Assembly: GCA_030265395.1 (NCBI GenBank)
Contig: JARFYF010000017.1
Span: 21,898,549-21,962,548, forward strand
DNA: 64,000 bases
Direction: 5' to 3'
Source: Rhina ancylostomus
Lineage: Eukaryota
The position numbers and the translations under genes were made by a program. Below, piece by piece: positions 25,301-37,300 of this stretch. The notes under the pieces are model-generated. The model was not told the DNA's origin. It worked only from the letters and a program-made list of their open reading frames with translations, and searched no databases. Numbering within the stretch: position 1 is the stretch's first letter; each line of letters opens with the position of its first letter.

Positions 25301-28300
25301 GATTGGTGGGCCAAGGGGCTGTCTCCACACTGTATCACTCTGGTTCTCTGTGTAAACTGATTCTTTTTGATAAAAATGTGAAAACATAAGATTGAGTTAT
25401 AAGTCTGTTAAAAATATTAATTAATACCATCATGCTTCTTGGAAATGATACTACTCACTGATCTATTTTATGTTAAGCAGAACTATTCTTTATTACTTAA
25501 TGAATTAAATAAGGAATCACATGTTTTTGTTTGTTCATTGCAGTAAATCACACCACCACACTTGCACCTAGATACTCTCATTCACCGCTCCATGGCCTTG
25601 GGCACATGATCATGCGACAGAGCTATATCTGCACACTCATCATCATGATGGTGAGTACCACATGATTTCTGACATTTTGATTGCAGTTTGCTAACTTACC
25701 AGGATGATGCTGATCTTTATAACATTGGAAGATAAATAATCTCCTGCTAGCTGATTCCATTCCCCTCCTCCTCCACCTCCACCCTGTCAGGTACTCTCCT
25801 GTTCCCTCAGTCTGATTCCTCCTGTCCTGGTGTGTCATTTACCTTTGCAGATTAAGCCTCAAGCCACAACATCTTTCATTCGGTCTTATAAACTGTGTAC
25901 TGTTTGCCATGAATATTTTAATCAACTAAGCAGAGCTTTGCTCAAAGCCATTTAAACAGATGTAAAGAAAGTTATTATATTCACAAATGTGTTGCTCATC
26001 TCAAACTTTGATAATCCTCTATTTGGAAATACCAATGGTTTGCTATCAATTTCACTCCGTGATGTTTCCCAATTCCCTTTTTGCTAACTGGCACCTTGGT
26101 TTCCAGGCTCCCTTCCCACTCATCCATGCAGCAGTTCCCACACACCCATTCAAGTCATCTGGGGTCCCAGTTACCACTCTCCCTTTTAACTCACTGGGCC
26201 CTAGTTCCCACACTCCTTTTCAATTTACTTGCTTCACTGGATAATATCCTATAATGTAACAGTTTAAAAAATTGTATTATAAGTTTGTTGAGATATTAAT
26301 AGAAATAACAATTGGTATTCTGGAAATTCTGCTAATTGGGTATCACTAAAGATCATGCTGGATTATCGGAGTTTCTGTATTTCCTCCTTTTATCAGAAGA
26401 TGGAAGTCTCAAACGTTTCAACTGTTTAAATCACTACCCGCAAAAGGAATGACATAACTAACATAGAAGTTAGCAAACATTTTGAATACAAAATGCACCT
26501 GTTTGTTCCCTGTACAAGAATTATGGTTTGGTTTAGTTCTGATTTCTATATTCAGAGTTTGATTCTATGCCCTGTACAAAAAAATGAGGCTGTGGATTTC
26601 AAGTGATTCATAGTATAAAGTGTCCTGTCTGTGTCCTGTGGCAGCAGTGTAAGCCGCTGAGGAAGCTGGCAGTGCCTCCAACAGTTTGGGTGATATCCTG
26701 GTGACCCACGAGGTGCCTGTGGGACAGAATGGTTTCTGTGTTAAGTCCGAAGCTTTGGCACAGACTGGAGGTAGTCTCCATGTATCGCTGTGTGCGTGTT
26801 TACTGTCAGGCTCCCATTTCCTTTTGTGAGCCCATCAACTTTTAGGTGGGTGTGGTCCGCCAGCAATCTTCTTTCTGTTAGGCTGGTACCATTCACACTG
26901 TATCCCCCAGCCCACAAACTTGTGGCAGGCAATGCTAGCCTGCTCTCTAAATTACATGTCTGGTGTCTGAGCTGGCACTCTGGATCAAGTGTCACTTCAT
27001 CACCTGGAAGGGTTACTTTTAAAAGGCAATCTATGTTCGTGTCTTCAACACCAAAAATACCAGGGACATAGCTCTAAAGAGAGAAACATTTCTGAATGGA
27101 GCATCGGCAGTTTAACAGTAAAGTTTGTAAGGTGAGAAAGGAATATTAGGGGAAAACTGAACAAGGTTGTGAACAAACTCTGCACAACACCTCTAATATT
27201 GTCAGGCACCATGATTTAATAGTGGCATTCTTTCCTTTAAAAGGCTGTGGGTTCAAATCCCATCCCAGAGACATGAGCACGAGTATATTTCTGCCTGTCG
27301 GTTGTCTGGGACAGTTTTGCAGCTCTCTTTTAAGAGATGATGACTGCCTGCAAGTGTCTTCAGAGCACAGTTGTGCTGATAACAAATAGGACATTAAATA
27401 ACAGCTGCTCAACTGATCCCAGGTAATGAGGAGGCAGCATGACTACTGTGTGTGACCTGGGGTAGAAAGTACAAGGTTGAGATATACATGTATCCATTTT
27501 TGGGCCAATCAGATTTTTAGGACGTTGAACCGAAAGTGATAGTGAACACCTTTAAGATGGAAACTGCTTAAGAAGGGCAGTTTATTTTATACCAATCCTC
27601 AAAGTATTTGGTGATAACATTTTTCATGTATTCTGTTTTTTGAGTGTTTTAATGTCCTCCTTTTCCAGGTTTGGAGTATTACGTTTCACAGCTGGTTAAC
27701 CTTTGTGCTTTTGATTTGGGCTTGCCTGATCTGGATTGTCCGTAGTCGACGACAGCTTGCCATGTTCTGCTCTCCGTTCATTCTGCTGTACGGAATCATG
27801 CTCTGCAGCCTGCAGTATGTCTGGGGAATGGACTTGACCGAAGAACTTCCAACCAAAATCGGATTTGTGGTTCTGACACAGCTTGGTTTAGTCCACATGG
27901 AGAATCACTGTTTGTGCCTCGGTTTAATGGTCAGTCTTTTCATTAATCTGATGCATGTGCTTACTGAAGGGGGCATTATCAGTCTCGGTTTTATCGACTT
28001 TTACAGCAGACCCCTTGCCAGGCCATACTCTCCACCAGGTGCACAATTAATGTCCAAGCCTTATCACTGAGTCTCACCTTGGTCTTCCCCACTGTTCCTC
28101 TGGCATCTTCTCACCTTGTTTTACTCTCACACCCATTTAAAATCTTTTATGTGTACCTGTCCCCTCCCAAGTCCCACCATGAGAGATTCGTACACAACTG
28201 CTTCTGCCTTCAGCCATTTCACCAACCAAAAGCCAATCCTTGATCATTTCAATTTCCATCTCTACCATCTTGATTCTGTGTTTTGCCCCTACTGGTGACA

Positions 28301-31300
28301 TAGAGATTGATCTTGCCACTGATCATTTAAGTGCTGTCAGATCCCTAGCACCTAGAAAACCAAGAGCAATGAGCCGATGAAAACACTGCCACTTCAAAGA
28401 CCCATCCAAGAAATGCCTCATCCTGACATGAAAATGTTTTGCCATTCTGTAAACATTCCTGAATAAAAATGCTGAACCTCTATCTCTATCGGGACCGTGG
28501 GAGTATTTCCTAACATAGACTGCATTTGTTCAAGGTGGCAAATCGTCCCTGGTTAATGATGAGCAATTAGAGACCTGGAATACATGCTGGCCTTGCCACC
28601 AATGCCCATGTTCTGTGAATGAATGAAAGAAAGAAAGACTGTTGTTTCACATCCAGCCTTTGATGAACCCATAGTTTCCTCATTAAACATCGGTTAGTCC
28701 ATAACTTCTACAGACACGTCACTAATGGTATCCTTCATGCCCATTGTCTCAGGGTGCAGTAGTCTGTCCGTGCCCTCGGTCCTCATCTCATCCTCACGCT
28801 GAGTGTTCAATCCCCTCTCCAATCTATCACAACGTCTGTTTTTACCTGAACCTTTGCCTGCTCTGGTTCATCTGCTGCAATCTCTTCCCTTCTCCTGTGA
28901 CCTTCAGATGTGATTATTGCAGCACATCCTCGGGCAGGCTCTCAAACTCCGTTATTTGTAAGGTCTAGAACACAGCTGTTCATCCTTAACCTCCCCCTAA
29001 ATGCCACTTCCTTGTGCTTGCAAGGACACTCCCTACCTCGCAACACCTCAGATTTAAATTCTCGATCTTCTGTCTAATTTACTCGTGTCATTCCCCACTC
29101 CCTGTCTCTGTAATCTGCTCCAGTACTGGGAAGTGTTTTCCCACATTTCTCCATTTCCTGGGGTCTGGGCATCTGTGCCTCCTCCCATCCCTTCTCCCCA
29201 CCATTGACATCTGTGCCTCCTGGCCAATGTGCATTGTTCCCCGGAGTTCCCTCTTGAAGCCTTTCTCCTCTTCCTTCAGGATTTTGTTTTAAACCAACCT
29301 TGTCAATGCTCCTAGTATATCCTTATTTGCCTCGATATCTCAAGAGTTCCAAAGCCTGACCCGAGTTTATCACAAGTTAGCTTGGGCTAGTGATTGAGCC
29401 ATTTTGCATTGAATTCTCCCCAAACAAACCCAATCGTGCCCTCATGACATATTTCAAAAGGAGTCACTGGAGATATCAGAAAACAAAGAAATGTCAATTT
29501 TTATTATCTTTTACAAAAATAATTTGCTTTGCTCTGTGTCCATTTAAGGAATGGCCATGTCCTACAGCTGGAGCTATGAATACTAACAATTTCATCTCGT
29601 TTTATCCTCAGCTGTTGTACACACTCACTTTTTGGCTCTTATTGCGCCAATTTGTAAAAGAAAAATGCTTGAAGCAGAAAGAGGTCCCATTGAAAGAAGT
29701 AACTGTGCCTGAGGCAGGTGAGTGATGACATGCTTGCAATCAAAATTTCCATCTGGAGAGATGTGGCTACGTTTCCTATTTGGATAATTTTGGCTAAATC
29801 AAATTTCTGATGTTGGCAAAACTAGAAACCAGGGGTTTGGGCAATCAATCAAGAAATGTAAGTTTGATCCAATCAAAGAATCCAAGGAATTAAAGTTCAG
29901 TTAAATAAATTTGTAAATCTGGAATAAAAATGCCGCCATCAGCAATAGTGACAATGAAACTTTTTGATTTTCATTAAACAATCCTGTCTAGTTCATTAAA
30001 TAGTTAAATAGTTTGTCCCTTCAGAGAAGGAAATCTGCTATCCTTGTCCAGTTAGGCCCCTCTGTAACTCCAGACCCACAGCAACAAGGTCAACTTTTAA
30101 TTACCTCTGAAAAAGCCCAGCAAGTCCTTAATTCAGGTTTAAAGTGCAATAAATTCAGCTAATTTTTTAAGAAAAATTAATTGCTAAGTGAACCAAAGTT
30201 AGATGAGAAAATATAAATTCATACATTACAAGCTACCTTGGAACCTAACGTTGTCAAGATCTTTAGGTTCTGATGTATCTTCCAATTGCAGATTCCGGGA
30301 GGTGCTGGTGAGTTAGGTAAATATTCATTTATCTTCTAGCAACAGAAGTTAAGTAAACCAAATTTATGATCAGTTGATTGATTAACTTCTGTTGATTTTC
30401 TCAAATGGCCAGATTCAGCGAGATGGTTTGTAGCTCTGAAGCCTAAACAGGAAAGTGATTGCATTCAAACAGACAAGACACGTGCTGTAACTAATATGTT
30501 TCTTTTTGTCCAATCTATGAAGTATGTCCCTATCTTAGGTTTGTTTATATAGCATTGCATGAGAACTTGGTTCAACTAGCAAAGAAAATTCCTTCCCCAG
30601 TGAAAGGTAGGTTTGGAGAAGAGTTTGACCATTTGGGTTAGAATTTGACCATATTCTGACTCATTATAAAGGAAAATTTAATTACTTTCAGTTAAAATCT
30701 GACATGCAGAAATATTGATTTCTGCAACTTCTACACATTCATTGTATATTTTTTTCCCTATTACAGGCCAGGAGAAGAATGAAGTTTTGAAAGCGCTTGG
30801 GGAAATAGTAATGAGTTTCTATGCCAAGTATTGGATTTACATTTGTGGAGGGATGTTCTTCGTTGTCAGTTTCACTGGAAGAATAGTAGTCTATAAAATT
30901 GTTTATATGTTCCTTTTCCTCCTTTGCCTGTCATTCTATCAGGTGAGAAGACAGTAAAATTAATCTACTGCAGAAAAACCTTACCCCATAATAAATCAGT
31001 TTTAATAATCAGCTATTTAAGAACATACTTTGTTATGAAATACATATAAGGCTTGATATAACTGTGCATCTTGATACACAGCTCCTGATGTAGCCAGGTG
31101 TGCTTGTCTCTGATTGGATAGTGTCTGAGTGAAGATTAAAGGAGATAACTCTGTGATCTGTTCATTTGAAACTACTGCTGTAAAAATCCTGTCTGGTTAA
31201 CCAGTGTCGTACATGGAAGGAAATCTGCCATCCCTACCTACTATGACCTAGATGTGATTCCAAATCCATCAGTCTGGTTTCTGATATGAGTTAGCAACTG

Positions 31301-34300
31301 CTCAGGTCAAAGGGGAATTAATGATGGGGAATAAATATTGACTTTGTCAGTGATATGCAAATCCCATGAAAAAAAATTAAAAGTGTTGTAATAATGTACT
31401 ATTTCAAGCTGTTCCAAATGCCCTCTGCAGCTGAAGTTTTCAATCTCTGCTGCCTTTTGCTAATGTTTTATTCTTGCTGTTCATTTTGCTAGGTTTGTTA
31501 CTTTCTGTGGCGGAAGCTGCTGAAGCTGTTCTGGTGGTTGGTTGTTGCCTACACAATGCTGGTCCTCATTTCCGTTTACACTTTTCAATTTGATGACTTC
31601 CCACATTACTGGATAAACTTTACAGGATTAACAGAGAAACAGTATGTGCCATTTTAATTCTGGAANNNNNNNNNNNNNNNNNNNNNNNNNNNNNNNNNNN
31701 NNNNNNNNNNNNNNNNNNNNNNNNNNNNNNNNNNNNNNNNNNNNNNNNNNNNNNNNNNNNNNNNNNNNNNNNNNNNNNNNNNNNNNNNNNNNNNNNNNNN
31801 NNNNNNNNNNNNNNNNNNNNNNNNNNNNNNNNNNNNNNNNNNNNNNNNNNNNNNNNNNNNNNNNNNNNNNNNNNNNNNNNNNNNNNNNNNNNNNNNNNNN
31901 NNNNNNNNNNNNNNNNNNNNNNNNNACAAGATGGTTGGAACAGCTAACTATATAAGAGTGGAATTATTCATGGGATTGTTCAATGCAGGGGGCCATTTGG
32001 TTCATCCTGTCTGTGCAGGCCCTTTGCCAGAGCTGTAGAATTTGTCTTTCCCTTTTGAAGTTGAGAAGGGAATTACAGCGCACTTTTTAAAATTCTACTT
32101 TTTTTAAAAAAAATCCATCACCATACTACTTAAAAGAAAAGTGATCTGGAATTTAAAATATGGAATTTTAAAAATTGTCACTTTAGAGCTACGATAATAG
32201 TAATGTTACTTGTAATCCAGAGGCATGGATTGCTAATCAGAAGGAGTTCAAATCCCACAACATTAGTGAAATCTAAATTCAGTTAACTAAATACATCCAA
32301 AATAAAAACCTAGTGTCAGTTACAGAGACCATGAAACTAACATTGTTATTTAAAGCTAGCCTGGTTCGCCAACATCCTTTGGGGAAGGAAATCTGTTACC
32401 CTTATCTTGCTTGGTGTATGACCCATAGCAAAGCTGTTGACTCTGAAATACTGCAGCAATGCACTACAGCTGTGCCTTCACACACTGCAGTGATTCTGGG
32501 AGGAGACTCAGCACAACCAAGGAATGGTTTGCCAGCGGTGTCCACATTCTTTGATTAAGAAAGGAAAGTAAAGGCTTTGTAAAACAGTTTCCTGACTAGA
32601 ATTTGGAGCCCTCTGGTCCATAAACTATGAACCCTGTGATAGATGAACTAATTTCATTCCCAAGGCAAGCTGTAAACAGTACTTTGAGGAACTGTTGCTG
32701 ATTCATCAGCCAGTTGATTTTATTCTTTAATGCAGTTTGAGGATTTGGTGTCAGTGTCCAAAAACCCTACAGTGACTTAACAGAATGAGCAGCATTGGAT
32801 GCAGGAGCATTGGAAAATGTGCTAGTAATCTTGGCAGAGCAGTTTCATTATGTCCAGTGGCACGCACTCAGAAGTCAGTAAGCCATAAATCTTTTTAATA
32901 TCCTTGTGTGGTAACTGTTATAAGTAAATGGATTCCATTCATGTCAAAAAACAAGATGGCTAGAAAAGACATTTTGTTATTGAGAAATTTTTCAATATAC
33001 TTAGTCCGGATAAATGTTGTTCTTTTGAATATCCAGGTTAGGTGATATGGGATTGGAAAAATTCGGTGTCAGTGAGCTCTTCTCCAGCATCTTGATCCCT
33101 GCCTTTTTCCTGCTGTCCTGTATTCTACAGCTGCACTACTTCCATCGACGTTTCATGCAGATCACTGATCTGGAGCACGTACCCACAAAAGGAAAAGGCC
33201 CATTGCACCGGTAGGACTTGAATGCATCTGGTTTGATCATTCAAAAAGAGCTAATGCAGATAGTAAATGGAATAAGTTATTCTAATAAAGCTTGTGCATT
33301 AATAAAGAAAACACACAACATAAGGTGATCACACTAAACCTCCTGGATTAGGTTTTGTCCCATTGACCATGAAGTAAAGCACAGATTAATTTTAGGTTTA
33401 TTTGTCTCTCAGTATGAATAGTCACATATAGACACCATGATTATCATAATGAAGGGAACACTGAGACTACTGTAAGTCTGAGATTCCCAAACCTTGACAA
33501 TGAGGTTGCCATCAACTTGCCATCTGAGCATAAAAATAGGAACCCAAAAATGGTCTTTCTTTATTTTTTTTACATATCCATTGAATTTGGATGTCTGATT
33601 GTTTCCTGGAATATATAGATTATCTAGAGCTTTTCCACCTTCAAAGTTAGATCTTTTAGAAATACGTTGGTAGCTAGAAGGGACCACTGACGTGATACGT
33701 TGTTACATTTTTGGAAGGTTCCTTGTGATCCACAAAAGCTGGGCTCTTTCCTGGCCTAACAAGAAACACTTAGTCTCATCTGTGCTGGCCTTCTGCCTCC
33801 TCTGGCCATAGACAGCATGGTTTGCCCAAATGGAGAATGTTTCCTTCAAACTTAAGTAGTAACAGACAACTATATGGTTTCCTTCTCCAACCCGACACCC
33901 ACTGTAATCACCAAGGTCACAAAATGATAATGAGGACCAACAGTTTAAAATCTCCCAGATATTATCCCCAAGGAAACCTGGAAGAATGCCACCTGCTTTT
34001 GCCCCCATACCTCCAGTTCCCACTTCAAGTATTAGAGGTGCTGTTACTACAATGGTGTCCAATCCAGCTGAGCTTTTAAACCACCTGAGCATTATTGTGG
34101 AGTTACAATCAGATTTTGTTTCAGGGAGTCAACTAACACACATGAAGGGCTTCTTAAGGAGATGGTGGAATTTTTCCGTAGCTTTCTGGGAGTTCATATT
34201 TAATCTGAGATGTACCTCAATAGTGTAATCGAGAAGTGTTTGAAGTTACATTGTGTTGGGTAAATAACATTTTGGAGAATTTAACTGCCTTCCTGCACAT

Positions 34301-37300
34301 CTTCTGCCAGACAAATGGGGTTAAAATCAACCCTGATGATTGTACCCCTCAGCCAGCAATTAGAGCATTGACAGGTAGGTTAGCCATATGCATCACATCC
34401 ATGCATTTCTCTTTATTACGTAATTACATCTAGAAGCATTTACCAATTTCCACTGTTTATTTGCTGTTTGCTTTCTTTCCACATATAGGCTGAAGGAAAA
34501 TTTAGCAGCACATTCTGAGGAGTAAGTGTTGTTATTTCTATTTCTTTATTGATTTTGCCACATTCCTGTTTTGGTTTTATAATGTTTTCACTTTGACAAT
34601 CAGTTGGTCTGTCTTTGCATGTAGATCACAGGTGTGGGTATGTAATCCTCTGATTTTTTTGCAGATGATTCTTTTCCTGTTATTATTTTTCACTAAGCTG
34701 CATAATTGCTCAGAGTTGGTCCATTATTGATCCAAGATTCAGCCTTCCAACTTTTCCACAAAGCACAGCTGTTAACAGATGCTAACCAGCAACTTTCCAT
34801 AATATGCTTACACCACTGTGGCAACATTTAATAGTATTTTTAAGAGTTATTATTTACTGTTGCATTGAATTTCAGAGCTAGCTGTCTGGTTTGGGTAAAC
34901 TTAGATAAAAATGCACCTGCTACATGGAAATGTTATTTTTGCAACACAGGGCATGGTTTTGTGCAAGATTGTTAAAAGGTTAAGAACAGCTACCTGGATA
35001 CAGTACTGGATCAGGTAGTGCCACTGCATTAGTCATTGCCTTTGGAAGAATGCTGACAAGTACAAAATTCAGGAACTTTGAGAAGGAATGAATTGCTTCT
35101 GGTGCAGTAAAAATCCACTTTCTGTTTTGCTGCCAGCTTTCTCTCTGTCCCAGATGAAGTTCTTCATTATGGTACAGTTCAATGGAAACTGATGGACATT
35201 ATGCATTGAAAATTCCTATAACATTCAAATACAGTGAGCATTACTGTCACACTTTACGTTTACCTCACTCAATGACTACTCACATATATCCAATTAAGCA
35301 TAAGAAGTAGGACTAGGAGTAGACCATGCATTCATAAGCTCACGAATCTTCCACTTCAGCACCACTTTTACAGGGGCTTGACAAGCTAGATGCAGAGAGA
35401 TGTTTCTGCTGACTCAGGAGTCCAGGGCCAGGGGCAACAGTTTGAGAATAAGAGGTGGGCCATTTTGTACTGAGATTAGGAGAAATTGTTTCATTCAGAG
35501 GGTGGTGAACCTTTGGAATTCTCTACAGGCTATCCCAGGTTAAGAATTCCCAATTTACAGACACCCCTACATATGAACAAGCTCCCATAATATCAAGTCT
35601 GACATATGTACATGCGTTAGTTTCTATAAATTGCAGAACTGGTTTCCCCTCTCTCTCTCCACTTTGAGTTATTGTTCTTTCTTATTAGTCTTATGAGCTT
35701 TTGATGCCATTCATTACAATACTGCAGAGGTGTGGTTACCATATCGAGTAATTTTTGTCTATTTTCCAATATACGGACAAAATTGACTTATGGATGTCTG
35801 TAACAATGGAACCCATTTCTTACCTGGGGACAGCCTGTACTTCAGCTAACTGCGGAAGCTCAATCATTAAGTTTATTTAAAACAGAAATTGATAGAATTT
35901 TGGAAAATGTGGAAGCCAAGGGATATGAATAATCCTTTTGGTAAGTTTCGTTGAGATCTCCTCAATCTTCTAAACTCCAGAGAATACAGTTCCAGTCTAC
36001 ACAATCTCTCCTCATTCAGCAAATCATTTACAGTGCTTCAGTCTGGTGAATCTTTGCTGCACTCTCTCTTTGGCAAGTGTTTCTTTTCTTAGATAAGGAG
36101 ATCAAAACTGCACACAACACTTCAGGTAAAGACTCACCTAAGCCCTATACAACTGCAACAAGATTTCCTTACTCCTGTAACCAAGCTCTCTTGTAATAAA
36201 GGTTAACACATCATTTCCTTTGCAAATCATTTACTTCACCTGCATGTTGGCCTTCAGTGATTCACATTCAAGTGCACCTTGGAGCCTTTGAATATCAGCA
36301 CCAGCCTCTCTCACCATCTAAAAAATACTCTCTTTTTCTCGTCTGTTATTAATTGAAGGACATATAATGTAGATGTGGACCATATTTCGGTCCATTGCAT
36401 CGCTGCTCCCATTCAATATCATCATGGCTGATATTTTATCTCAGCAACACTTTCCTGTATTCACCACATTTCCCTTGAGTCCTTACACTTCAGAGATCTC
36501 TGAGGCCTTGAGTGGGTTGGGTCACACGCACAAGGTTAATATTCTCCTATTTCTTCCTCTGTCATTAATAAAGCAACGGTAAAGCTCAATGGGGAAATTG
36601 TATAAAATAGTCCCAAGTTTTAATCAAATAAAATGTTGTGTGACATTTTTCAAGTTTTGATCTGGCACTCAGAATGGTGATGGCTTTTATAAAAAGAAAA
36701 TGATGTTGAGGATACATGAACATGGACTTGTATGTCTCCTTCCCTCTTTGCATGCCATTAATATACTGCAGAAGGTTTGATGAATACAACAGAATGAAGG
36801 GGGTAAATGGCATGCATTTTATTAGTACAAATGTTGAGGACGCTCTTGCATTATCATCACCTGTTCACATAAATGTGATGGTTGTAAAAAAAGGAATATT
36901 TGATGAATTGATTTGTTTGTGCAAAAATAAATGTTAAAATGAAAGGAAATAACTCAAAGTCAGATGTATTTCAAGGTAATTTTGTCCTTTGTGCATTTGC
37001 AACACAGAGCAGCTGGTACTGAACTCCTTCAGAATGGGGCAGCGGAAGGCACAGACTGTGAGGACGATGATCATCCTCCGGCGGAGGGGAGCAGGCTTGA
37101 AGGGGAAAGTATGTTCTTGTATTTGCACCAAATTACTTCTCCTTTTGAATCCCTTTTCAAATTTAATAGTTAGATCTCCTGTGGTGAGATGAGCCAGTAA
37201 CTAGTTGAAGAGCAAATATCTGTTATTTGAATTTTAAAAGAATGAAAAGATTTAACTGCGTTATCACATCTGAAAAATCATCTTGAGTACTTAACATTAG

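Larger units (their letters stand above)
29810..32560 (+). mobile_element. three dispersed copies of an old L2-tailed SINE (about 29810-30150, 31130-31380, 32195-32560)
   Basis: shared ggaaggaaatctg...cc(t/c)t and ctggttc/gaaact motifs with caataaat-type tails. Confidence 0.6.
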
